From: a virus
DNA: 64,000 nucleotides
Reading direction: 5' to 3' (one strand)
IMG/VR virus record: IMGVR_UViG_3300047409_000468
Coordinates: 14,962 to 78,961 of that record
In this document: positions 55,876-64,000 of the stretch, one piece after another
Position numbering within the stretch: position 1 is the stretch's first letter
Layout: each line of letters starts with the position of its first letter
Made by a program: the position numbers and the translations under genes
Notes under the pieces: model-generated
Told to the model about the DNA's origin: nothing
What the model saw: only the letters and a program-made list of their open reading frames with translations
Databases searched by the model: none

Positions 55876-56873
55876 TTCACTACCTCATATACCTTGGTTA
55901 CTGTGCCGAGCTCTAACTGCCCGCGCGTATGATCTTTGCGCCACCAACGTTTAGCCTCACAGCGCAGGCAGCGATAGTGGTCCGGGTCAATAGGATCCCA
56001 CACATGAGTACAATTCTGCTGATTCCGCCGCGTCTGCGCCCAGTGCCCGCGCACGTCGTGGTGTTTGCGATGCAGGCCGGTGTGGATGCCAGTGATAAAC
56101 CGCCGCAAGGCCACGCTCTGGTCGATATGCAGCTTGACTGTATGGTGACTCATCATCAGTGTGTTCTTACCGCGCCAGATTACTCGCTTATGCTTCTCCT
56201 CGCCGAATTGCAGCACCCGTCTCCCCGGCCGTGTCAGCAACAGCAACACTGCCAATGCCTGCTTAAGGATGCCTTGATGCGACTGTAGGATGCCTAGGTT
56301 TTGCTCCCGTGTCAGGTCTAGCGCCGGTTGGTAAAGATGGCTGCGCGCGAGCGCGTCTAACTCGCCGCCTTGCCACCACGAATCAGTTATATTTTCGGCA
56401 TAACCCACCAATGCCTGTCGCAGCGTCAGCCGGGAGTGTCCGGTGCGTTGCGCGATATCGATCTCTTGCTCCAACGTTACTGGGTGATGTAGCTTCAGCG
56501 TCAACGGCGACCAACCGACACCATCCGGCCCCATGGCTGCGCAATAGACCGTGCCATTATTATAGAGATAACCAAACTTTTTGTCTGCCGTGGCCGGGTC
56601 GCCGTTGTCCACATACCCCTGGAGCCCGATGCCGTAGGCTGCGGCGTCTATTTCGATCCACGTCTGCGGGTAAGGCTGCCGGGCGAACTCATGTTCCCGT
56701 AGTATCAGCCTTGCCGCCTTGTGCAGCATCATGCCAAGGAATCCAGATGCGCCTGTATCGAAGACAAAGCGCTTGGCGTTCAGCATGGCAATGCGCGGCG
56801 GGTCGTAGTGTGTGTGATGGGCGGATGTGCTCATCAATGCGTCTGCCAGTGTGGGTTCATGTTTCGGTTTCAT
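55872..56873 (-). CDS. Hypothetical protein with C-terminal H..RGH motif
   Basis: ARQPYP.TWIE...HDVRGHW...C.H...C..C...WWR.DH.RG. Confidence 0.72.
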   Translation of the reverse strand: MKPKHEPTLADALMSTSAHHTHYDPPRIAMLNAKRFVFDTGASGFLGMMLHKAARLILREHEFARQPYPQTWIEIDAAAYGIGLQGYVDNGDPATADKKFGYLYNNGTVYCAAMGPDGVGWSPLTLKLHHPVTLEQEIDIAQRTGHSRLTLRQALVGYAENITDSWWQGGELDALARSHLYQPALDLTREQNLGILQSHQGILKQALAVLLLLTRPGRRVLQFGEEKHKRVIWRGKNTLMMSHHTVKLHIDQSVALRRFITGIHTGLHRKHHDVRGHWAQTRRNQQNCTHVWDPIDPDHYRCLRCEAKRWWRKDHTRGQLELGTVTKVYEVVK

Positions 56874-57091
56874 GCCGCCAGCCCCCTGTTCTTCTTCCAG
56901 CGCCGTATCGCGGCGCGTATGCTCGTACCGGGTTTCCCCACGTTGCTTGGTCTGCCCCGCGACCAGACGGCAACCAAATCGCCATCCAGGCGCAAGTGCC
57001 AGTGCTTGGCACCCAGCGTCCAGGTGTAGGGCAGGCCCCGGAGCTCGATCTCGATCTCCGGGGGCAGTATCGGGCGCGTTGGCTTACTCAT
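56870..57091 (-). CDS. Hypothetical protein (73 aa)
   Basis: GGAGG RBS, ATGA-coupled to the helicase. Confidence 0.6.
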   Translation of the reverse strand: MSKPTRPILPPEIEIELRGLPYTWTLGAKHWHLRLDGDLVAVWSRGRPSNVGKPGTSIRAAIRRWKKNRGLAA

Positions 57092-58698
57092 GCCACTTCC
57101 TCCTTCTTGGGTGCCGGGCGCTTCAGGTCTTCCGGGGTCGGCATGGGCACGTCCACCAGAACTTCCTGTGCGCGGGTGACCGCCACATAGCAGAGGTTGA
57201 TTTCCTGCTCCTTCTGCCAATCTTGCGTGGCGCGCTTGCTGGGCATGATGTCGCCACGGCCAAGGATGTGCACCACCGGCCACTCCAGCCCCTTGCTCTT
57301 GTGGACCGAGCTGAGGACCACCATGGTCGGCAGGGTCTTAACGCCTTCCGGGGTCTCGGTAGCGCCGCCCACGTCAGCGAACATCTCGCCCACCATGGCC
57401 TGCATCTCCACCACCGTCTGCAAGCCACGCTCACGGGCGCGCTCAAGCAGGCAAAGGATGGTGGCATACTTGTCCTCATGGCGGGCCAGCTTGGCCTCAG
57501 CGTCCTTGGCGGTCGCCAGCTTGGCGCGCTCACGGCCATCCCACTTGGTCAACTTGCCTTCGAAGGCGTCCAGCCCCTTGACCTTCCAGCGGCCGACCAG
57601 CGTCACCAGCCCTTGGCCGATTTCGCGGCCCTCGATCTTGGCGGCCTTGCCCTCGCGGATAAGGCGGAAGCAGAGCTCCACTAGCGGCGCATTGGTGCGG
57701 CACAGAACGGCTTGACCGGGGAGGATGGTATCCAGCATCTGGCGATAGGTGGCCGTGCGAACCGTGCCCTCGGCAGCGGTCGAGGCAGCGTGGATGTGGC
57801 TGACGTACTCACGGGCCACGGCAACGACCGCCTGCGGGCAGCGCCAGCTAACCGAGAGGGTCAGCGTGATAGCCTTGAAAAGGTCCTTGATAAGGCCCAG
57901 CGACCGGTTGTCGGCACCGGTAAAGCCAAAGATGGCCTGATGCGGGTCGCCAACCGCGACCAGCCGGCCGGTGACCGGGCGGAGCATCTTGCGGGCCATT
58001 TCGCGGCGCACCGCATTGGTGTCCTGCGCCTCGTCGATAAGCACCCAGTCCTTGGGCCAGAAGCGGAGGTTCAGGAAAAGCGGCAGGTAGCACATGTCGT
58101 CAAAGTCGACGAGCGCGCGCTGGGCGTTAGACAGCTTGAGCACCCGGTCGGCCAACGTCACCAGTTCGTTGGTGTCGTAGTCGTCGGGCAGGCGGTCGGC
58201 CACGTCGTAGCGGCTCACCAGTTCCAGCCAGTAAATCGGCTTGACCTGCTCCACTAGCCCGCGCACATAGAACCCGGTCTGCTTGGCAAGGCTGACCAAC
58301 TGGCAGATGGCAGGAATTTCGCCTTCGACCGGCTCACGCATTTCGGCAAACATGGCACGCACAATGTCGCGCACCTTGTCGTTATCCAACTGGGGGTTAT
58401 GGTCCCGCAGCGCGTAGCGCAGCGTCGACCAGCCGGCCGAGTGAAACGTGGCAGCGGTCTTGCCGTTCGCGCCCTTGGACTCCAGGCCCATGGCAACAAG
58501 CCGCGCCTTGAGCTCTGCGCCCATCTTCGCGTTGTAGGCACCGAGGAAAACCTCGCCCTGCATGCGCTTGACGCCTTCGACCAGCGTAGTGGTCTTGCCA
58601 GCACCGGCAACCGCCTCGAGAACGCACGAGCCCTTGCCCGTTTCGATCCAGTTGAGAAAAGCGGCTTGCTCGGGGGAAGGGGTAAAAGACTTAGACAT
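57088..58698 (-). CDS. UvrD/Rep-like superfamily 1 helicase
   Basis: AVAGAGKTT, TFHS, IDEAQD, VGDPHQAIFGF.GA, SWRC, CRTN, SVHKSKGLEW, YVAVTRA. Confidence 0.95.
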   Translation of the reverse strand: MSKSFTPSPEQAAFLNWIETGKGSCVLEAVAGAGKTTTLVEGVKRMQGEVFLGAYNAKMGAELKARLVAMGLESKGANGKTAATFHSAGWSTLRYALRDHNPQLDNDKVRDIVRAMFAEMREPVEGEIPAICQLVSLAKQTGFYVRGLVEQVKPIYWLELVSRYDVADRLPDDYDTNELVTLADRVLKLSNAQRALVDFDDMCYLPLFLNLRFWPKDWVLIDEAQDTNAVRREMARKMLRPVTGRLVAVGDPHQAIFGFTGADNRSLGLIKDLFKAITLTLSVSWRCPQAVVAVAREYVSHIHAASTAAEGTVRTATYRQMLDTILPGQAVLCRTNAPLVELCFRLIREGKAAKIEGREIGQGLVTLVGRWKVKGLDAFEGKLTKWDGRERAKLATAKDAEAKLARHEDKYATILCLLERARERGLQTVVEMQAMVGEMFADVGGATETPEGVKTLPTMVVLSSVHKSKGLEWPVVHILGRGDIMPSKRATQDWQKEQEINLCYVAVTRAQEVLVDVPMPTPEDLKRPAPKKEEVA

Positions 58699-58739
58699 TG
58701 GAAACTCCTGTGAAGGGGGGCACGTCGCCCCCGCCCACG

Positions 58740-58768
58740 TATCTATGCGATGTCACTCCCGTTGTAAA
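58740..58768 (-). promoter_or_regulatory. Early promoter
   Basis: TTTACA-N17-TAGATA on the - strand upstream of the helicase. Confidence 0.72.
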
Positions 58769-58777
58769 GCGAAAAGA

Positions 58778-59761
58778 TTACCGTGCTCCATCTTTTTCGT
58801 CAACACGGTAAAACATGCGGTGCAGTTCCTCGGTGCTGCGCCAGTTCACCTTGGATGGCCGCACAAGGACCACCCTGCCGTCCGCCAGATGGCGTTGATG
58901 CGCCCGCCGCCAATGGGCTATGGGGCTGGCGTGGTGCCCGCCCTTGGCCTCCCCACGCTTGCTGCCGGCATGCGTAAAGGTGGCCACGTAGTCTCTTGTC
59001 TGTACCACCGTGTGGCCGGGGATCTTGTGCTTGCCCTGCTTGGCCCGCGCCACGTTGAGCCGCACCGGCTCTTCCTTGTACACTACCGGGATAGAGGCGT
59101 CCGCCAACAGGCGCAGCATGGTCACCAACGGATCCAGGCTGTTAGAGCCCCGGTTGCGTATCTCCTGCTCGGTCTCCTTGTGGCCATGCGGAAAAATCAT
59201 AGCCGCCGGACTGACTATCGTGTTGCCGATACCCTTAGCGGCGATCGACACTATATCGTAAACCAGTATGGCGTCTCGTCCATTGGGCAGGCTGACCCCG
59301 TACAATTCCATGACCAGTGTATTCAGCCCGTGCAGCGCCCAAAATTCCTTATCCCCATGCTGCCAATTCGGCGCTATGAAATAACCGTTGAACCCACCCT
59401 CCCACGAGGATACGGCAAGCCAGCTTTCATATGGATGCTGAAATTCCCCGGCCTCGAACATGTGGCGAGACCGTATGGATTCTGCTTTAATGACATCATT
59501 GGGTATGAACCCAAAGTCAACCATGCGGCCCTCGGCCACGGTCTGCTTCAGTGTGTGGCGTAGGAATTTTACATCCTTTTCTTCATGGATGTTGAGCATA
59601 GGGTTGATGGCCAGCAGGCCATCACCCAGTATGGTATTGCGAAACGCCTCAGCCGACCGCATCGGCCAGTCCGCCAGATGCTCCAGCATCAGCGTAATGG
59701 CCTTTACGGCATCTTCATGCGGCAACAGGGCAATGGGCTCCTGATTAGAAGGGGATTTCAT
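58778..59761 (-). CDS. Hypothetical protein with C-terminal HASP..H.RR.H.R motif
   Basis: GG.HASPIAHWRRAHQRHL..G..V.VRP..VN. Confidence 0.72.
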   Translation of the reverse strand: MKSPSNQEPIALLPHEDAVKAITLMLEHLADWPMRSAEAFRNTILGDGLLAINPMLNIHEEKDVKFLRHTLKQTVAEGRMVDFGFIPNDVIKAESIRSRHMFEAGEFQHPYESWLAVSSWEGGFNGYFIAPNWQHGDKEFWALHGLNTLVMELYGVSLPNGRDAILVYDIVSIAAKGIGNTIVSPAAMIFPHGHKETEQEIRNRGSNSLDPLVTMLRLLADASIPVVYKEEPVRLNVARAKQGKHKIPGHTVVQTRDYVATFTHAGSKRGEAKGGHHASPIAHWRRAHQRHLADGRVVLVRPSKVNWRSTEELHRMFYRVDEKDGAR

Positions 59762-60206
59762 CGTCCATTTCCTTGTTCCAGCCGCCACTGCGCTTGGGCT
59801 CTTCCTTCTTCGGTTGCTGCTTGGGTGCAGGCGCAGGCCGCGTCTCGCCCGGCATCTGGTCAGTGGTGCTCTTCGACAGAACCTGCACGTTGCCGTTGTA
59901 CTGCTTCACCACGATCTCGGTTGTCCACCGCTCAATCCCATCTCGGTCGGTGTACTTGCGTGTTTCAATCTGGCCTTCCACACAAACAAGGTCGCCCTTG
60001 CTGGCATACTGGCTGACGAACTTGACTACGTGCTCATTCCAGATTACCACCTTGTGCCACTGGGTACGCTCCTGTCGCTCACCTGTCTGCTTGTCAGTCC
60101 AGGTCTCGGATGTCGCCACACTCAGAGCCAAGCCGCCCTGCCCACGTGCCTCGGGCTCACCGCCCAGCCGCCCCACGAGGATTGCCCGGTTTAAATGAAT
60201 AGCCAT
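59745..60206 (-). CDS. ssb: Single-stranded DNA-binding protein
   Basis: LN...LVGRLG..PE.R...SVATSE.W.DK..GE..E.T.WH.VV...KG..V.VEG...TRKY; acidic DDEIPF tail. Confidence 0.95.
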   Translation of the reverse strand: MAIHLNRAILVGRLGGEPEARGQGGLALSVATSETWTDKQTGERQERTQWHKVVIWNEHVVKFVSQYASKGDLVCVEGQIETRKYTDRDGIERWTTEIVVKQYNGNVQVLSKSTTDQMPGETRPAPAPKQQPKKEEPKRSGGWNKEMDDEIPF

Positions 60207-60261
60207 GCTATCACCTTTCTATTGGTTGTATCAGTTTACAATCACGTTGCCCAAAAGGAAA

Positions 60262-60582
60262 CTATTGATCCCCCTGGAACCCCTGGAACTTATAGTGGTC
60301 ACCCCACCAAAGCGCGTACATCTCATGCAGCTTGGCATCCTCGACCGAATCCTTGAAATTACCGTAGTCGATGCCATTAATCTTAGCAGCCACCAGCGCC
60401 GCCACTGCCTTTGCCGGCATGCTGACCCGCCAGCGGTAATCTGCCTTTGGTGTGCGCGTCACGCGCCGCCGGGGGAACAGGGCGGTCAGGTGCTTCTTGG
60501 CGCGGGCGCGCACAAGCAGGTTGCCGGGCTCTTGTGCGTCCTGCACGATTGAAACGAAAGCGTTGTTGAAACAGATCCACAT
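60262..60582 (-). CDS. Hypothetical protein
   Basis: MWI.....F.SIV......LLVRAR...L...F.......DY..R......IDY.NFK. Confidence 0.75.
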   Translation of the reverse strand: MWICFNNAFVSIVQDAQEPGNLLVRARAKKHLTALFPRRRVTRTPKADYRWRVSMPAKAVAALVAAKINGIDYGNFKDSVEDAKLHEMYALWWGDHYKFQGFQGDQ

Positions 60583-60983
60583 CAGCGCACCTGTACGCCG
60601 GCTGCGGTCATGGCGCGGTAGTGCGCATAGGCACCCGGCAGCGCATCCATGGCGTCGTTGAAATCGAAGTCGGTAAGGTCAGGCACGATAGCCTGCGGCA
60701 GATGCGGCACCAGCGCGGCCCACTGCGGCGTGACGCGCAGGGCATCGAAGCCCAGCACATCGTCGTCGTTGGCCACGGGTGCGTCCCACACCTTGAGCAC
60801 CTCGATGGCCGCCAGCGCACCCTCGCGGGTAGCGTAGGCGTCGGGCACGGGAATGTAGAAGTCGCTGCCGGGCATAGCGTCGGCGTAGTAGCGGCCATCC
60901 TCGTCGAACGCGATGACCCAGTTGGCCGAGCCGGCATCGAGATGCGGATAAACGCGGTTAGAGAAAAGTTCGTCGTTAAGCAT
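60582..60983 (-). CDS. Hypothetical protein
   Basis: AAGGAGG RBS before ATG 60983; own promoter. Confidence 0.7.
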   Translation of the reverse strand: MLNDELFSNRVYPHLDAGSANWVIAFDEDGRYYADAMPGSDFYIPVPDAYATREGALAAIEVLKVWDAPVANDDDVLGFDALRVTPQWAALVPHLPQAIVPDLTDFDFNDAMDALPGAYAHYRAMTAAGVQVR

Positions 60984-61025
60984 GGTGCCCTCCTTGGGCA
61001 TGGGGCGGAACTGCCCGCACCCTGA

Positions 61026-61054
61026 TATCTACACCCAAAGGAGAGAAATGTAAA
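61026..61054 (-). promoter_or_regulatory. Early promoter
   Basis: TTTACA-N17-TAGATA on the - strand. Confidence 0.72.
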
Positions 61055-61074
61055 GGATAATCGTTAGGCGTTCA

Positions 61075-62112
61075 TTATTTTGTTGCCTGTTGCGCCTTGA
61101 ATTCCTCCCACGTTGCCGGTGGCGGGGTGACTGGCTTGAGCGGGTCATCCTTGGCGGAAAGCACCTTGAACCGCAGCCCGTCAAACAGCCTGAACGCCTC
61201 GGTGCGTACTTCCTCTGACACATGCCGCGCCGTGTCCGGATGCAGGCACTTCAAGATGCTGTTGTATTCCTGCTTCGACATGATGCCCCTGCGGCTGTTG
61301 ATAGTTTGCTCTGCCCGCCGCAACTGTTCCTTGGTGTCACGAGTAACGCGATCATACCACTTTATGATTTCCTGCCGCAGTCGCTCCTCAAACCCGGCTT
61401 CCAATTTCTTGGCATAGGCGCGCATGGTACGGTCCAGCGTCTTTTGCTGATTTTTCGACAGATATGCCCGCGCCTCGGGTGAGGTAAAAAACTCATCTGT
61501 GAATTTAGCCTCGAACTCAGCCTGCTTCTTGGCCGCCTCAGTCTGCGCCTGCGCAGTCGCCTCGGCCGCCGCCTTGCGCCGCTCTTTCTCTAACTTGATG
61601 ATACCGTAAATGGTCCGGTCATCCAGCCCAGTGATTTTCTCTATTTCCTTGACGGTCTTGCCACTGTCCCACATCGCAATGATTTCGTCATCGCGGTACT
61701 TCTTCTCCTCCTGCTTCTTAGTTTTGCCCTCGGGCTTGGGCTTGGGCTTCTTGCCGGTAAGCTGCGCCTTGATGGCTTTGGCCTCCTGCCGGGTGGGGTT
61801 CGGGTTAACCGCCAAAATTTTGGTCAACATATCTGGGGTACCCGCTATCTGGTGCACCACCCAACTGCACGGGGTACGTACCCCGTGCGTAAAAGCTGAG
61901 GATACTGCTCGCAAATGACGTAAAGTATCAACTTCGTATTCAAGCCCCACAGCTAAGAGTTCCTTACTCATAACTTCCAGCTGGGCATATGAACCATCAT
62001 TCGCCTTGCCCCCGGTAGGCCCAATCGCCTTCACAATGGCATCACCGATCTCCCACTGAGTAGCCTCAGCCTTTTTACAGACCGCAATCACTTCAGGATA
62101 TTCCACGGCCAT
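61075..62112 (-). CDS. Hypothetical DNA-binding protein (HTH, C-terminal CLHPD)
   Basis: QWEIGD, RDDEII..W..G.TVKEI....GL...TIY.I (HTH), CLHPD. Confidence 0.7.
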   Translation of the reverse strand: MAVEYPEVIAVCKKAEATQWEIGDAIVKAIGPTGGKANDGSYAQLEVMSKELLAVGLEYEVDTLRHLRAVSSAFTHGVRTPCSWVVHQIAGTPDMLTKILAVNPNPTRQEAKAIKAQLTGKKPKPKPEGKTKKQEEKKYRDDEIIAMWDSGKTVKEIEKITGLDDRTIYGIIKLEKERRKAAAEATAQAQTEAAKKQAEFEAKFTDEFFTSPEARAYLSKNQQKTLDRTMRAYAKKLEAGFEERLRQEIIKWYDRVTRDTKEQLRRAEQTINSRRGIMSKQEYNSILKCLHPDTARHVSEEVRTEAFRLFDGLRFKVLSAKDDPLKPVTPPPATWEEFKAQQATK

Positions 62113-62118
62113 CTCCTC

Positions 62119-62157
62119 AAAAGAAAAGGGCAGGTCTGCCTACACGCAACCTGCCCC
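62119..62157 (-). terminator. Terminator/attenuator-like hairpin
   Basis: GGGCAGGT..TGC..GCA.ACCTGCCC followed by TTTTCTTTT on the - strand. Confidence 0.55.
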
Positions 62158-62176
62158 AAGCACATTCCCAAGGTCC

Positions 62177-62641
62177 TTATTCGGCAGCGGCACCGCCCAT
62201 GTCATCTGCCGTGGTTTCTTCTCTCAGGCCCTCGGCCGCTCGCTGCGCCTGCAACAGTTCAACCGCGCGCAGCACCTGACTGTCAGCCTGACCCTCGCGG
62301 TGCTTGAGCAACTGGATTTTGTTGGCAATATCAGTGATAGCCGTGCTGGCCAGCGTGGCGTCGCCATCACCATCAGCAAGCTCCTTGATGCGCGCCGCCG
62401 CAAAGCCCCGATCAAGCTTTGCGCTGCCGCTCCACGAGTCGACACCATTGATAGCTGTGATCTGCGTCCGCAGTTCGGGCTCTTCATGCCAATGCTTTCT
62501 CACGACCACTTCCATGCGGTCGAGCAAAGTCATCGGCTTGGCCTTGTTTTTGGCAAACTCATCCCAAGAATCAGGCACCTGCGGCTTGAATGCCGCCAGT
62601 GCGCGCTTTTCCTGCGCAGTGTATTTCCGTGGATTTTCCAT
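62177..62641 (-). CDS. Hypothetical protein
   Basis: GGAGG RBS, own promoter. Confidence 0.7.
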   Translation of the reverse strand: MENPRKYTAQEKRALAAFKPQVPDSWDEFAKNKAKPMTLLDRMEVVVRKHWHEEPELRTQITAINGVDSWSGSAKLDRGFAAARIKELADGDGDATLASTAITDIANKIQLLKHREGQADSQVLRAVELLQAQRAAEGLREETTADDMGGAAAE

Positions 62642-62673
62642 AAGATTACCTCCAATGAATATGAAACTATACG

Positions 62674-62702
62674 ATCTTAGCCTCCTTCACAAAACTTGTA
62701 AA
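62674..62702 (-). promoter_or_regulatory. Early promoter
   Basis: TTTACA-N17-TAAGAT on the - strand. Confidence 0.72.
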
Positions 62703-63017
62703 GTCACTTTATTTAATGAGAAGTCATTTTTATTCAATGAATTCAGGGATTTAGCGCTTGCGCCGTTTCTTCGATGAACGCCATCACCAGATACCTTGCT
62801 CAATGTACTCGGCCGCCCGCTCCACGTACATATCCCAATCAACATCGGTAACGTCAACGCTATTAAGCTCAAGCGTACCGTCCCACATGCTCCCACGCCA
62901 CAGATAGAATATTGGCCAATGAATAGCGCGGATGGCCCAGCCAGACCCGGCCACGGTTAGCCAGATGTGGCTGTCATGCTGCTGTTCCAACACCGTCGTC
63001 GATGAGGCCGAAGCGCG

Positions 63018-63425
63018 TCAACCGCGACAATTGCAAACTGCGTCGGCATCACAGCCACAGCCGGGATAGTCGCACGAGACAAGCGGGTTTACAGCCACGT
63101 CGAGCGCGAGAGCCGACATGAGTTGCAGCACAGAATGTGCGCCCAACTTGTCGCCGGCCTCCCAGCCACTCTTGAGGTACAGCGCACGAGCACGCCCTTC
63201 TGCTTCGTCTCGTGTCAGGTTGTCTATCTTCGCTGCTGGCGTCACCGCCCCTTGGGGACGACGATTCCAGGCTGCGACGGCTTCGGTTTCGGTTGCGTCC
63301 CATACGCGAGCAGTACAGTCGCGACAGCGAGCCGCAGCGCGCAAAAAGCCACGGTCCATGTAAGTCCATGATTCTGCCTTCCCGCCGCAAAACGGGCAGG
63401 GCTTGAGTTCGGTCTGCTCTGGCAT
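63018..63425 (-). CDS. Lar-family (restriction alleviation) zinc-ribbon protein
   Basis: ELKPCPFCGG.A...C..C.......EAV.AWNRR; GGAG RBS before ATG 63425. Confidence 0.75.
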   Translation of the reverse strand: MPEQTELKPCPFCGGKAESWTYMDRGFLRAAARCRDCTARVWDATETEAVAAWNRRPQGAVTPAAKIDNLTRDEAEGRARALYLKSGWEAGDKLGAHSVLQLMSALALDVAVNPLVSCDYPGCGCDADAVCNCRG

Positions 63426-63438
63426 GGTCAGTCTCCGT

Positions 63439-64000
63439 TCACGGCCGGCCTCTTTCGAGCCGGGCGATGTGCCTGAACAACTGCTTGGGCCTGCCCTCGC
63501 CCAGCCGCGTGCGCTCGTACTTATCGAACTCGCAAAGTATGTTCTGGGTGTCCTGCGCATCCGGGGGAGCCCAGCCTTCCCGTAGGAAAGGTGCCTTCAG
63601 CCGCTCCTGTAGCTCATTTACGCGCAGCCTGAACTCGTCCTCGCGCCATGCCTGCTTGAGGGGTCGCTCCAGCACGCGGTTCATCCCACGGCGGCTGCCC
63701 GGCCCGCTGGCGCAGAAGGTGTGCCAGTCGCTGGCTTGGCGCAGCGGCGCGACGTGCTTCACGTCGGCGATAACCTGCGCCGACAGGAAGCTGCCCAGCC
63801 CGTGCCACAGCCCCAGTTGCATGTGCCACGCGGTCAACGTGTCCCCCGGCTGCGGCCTGATGCGGTCCCGCGCCGCCCACATGGGGTCAAACACATAGTC
63901 GACGAGGTAAGCCGATTTGCTCGGGTACTTCGTGCCGTTGGTGCTGATCAGGTAAGCCCCACTAAACACCTTGGCACGGGCCTTGCGCCGGGCTTCTGTA
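63439..64000 (-). CDS. aGPT-Pplase1 family HhH protein (5' end outside window)
   Basis: F.GAY.I, G.G.F...QV.AD, GPGS.RG.NR, D.QN.LCEFDKY.R...G.G.PK. Confidence 0.85.
   Translation of the reverse strand, partial: TEARRKARAKVFSGAYLISTNGTKYPSKSAYLVDYVFDPMWAARDRIRPQPGDTLTAWHMQLGLWHGLGSFLSAQVIADVKHVAPLRQASDWHTFCASGPGSRRGMNRVLERPLKQAWREDEFRLRVNELQERLKAPFLREGWAPPDAQDTQNILCEFDKYERTRLGEGRPKQLFRHIARLERGRP

Noticed and set aside
60235-60263. TTTACA on the + strand as another early promoter
   Set aside because: No matching -10 at 17 bp (GAAACT) and it points against the local genes
62784-63020. 69-aa ORF in frame after the Lar-like gene's TGA (possible readthrough)
   Set aside because: No RBS or recognisable domain, and TGA is used as a normal stop throughout; could be a gene remnant
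1-64000. tRNA genes, integrase/att sites, introns or inteins, diversity-generating retroelement
   Set aside because: No cloverleaf, recombinase or reverse transcriptase motifs seen by eye; polA, terL and the helicase are of uninterrupted length

Overview
This window is most of the genome of a tailed dsDNA siphophage, probably lytic since no integrase or repressor is visible. The likely host is an alphaproteobacterium (Rhizobiales-like), judging by a GcrA fragment, an RTX/T1SS-type Ca-binding protein and the holin/GH25 type. Positions 1-33,026 (- strand) are the late operon: terS, terL, portal, fibre cluster, two putative injected effectors, scaffold, capsid, head-tail genes, two paralogous major tail proteins, a frameshifted chaperone, tape measure, tail tip, fibre and lysis genes. 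Positions 33.3-42.1 kb (+ strand) are an early/accessory region driven by repeated TTTACA-N17-TAGATA-like promoters. Positions 42.1-64 kb (mostly - strand) are a YuA/M6-like replication and thymidine-hypermodification module. The best candidate for a new system is the hypermodification cluster. It has dUMP hydroxymethylase, 5-hmdU DNA kinase and an aGPT-Pplase2 DNA transferase, but the usual amino-acid tailoring enzymes are replaced by myo-inositol-1-phosphate synthase, a CX5R phosphatase and a SPASM/twitch radical SAM enzyme, suggesting an inositol-derived DNA base. Second, an unnamed ~55-aa 'NPK' domain is reused six times in five proteins, including a virion-region ADP-ribosyltransferase and a ParB-like protein that also share an N-terminal leader. 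All calls come from reading motifs by eye; no searches were run.
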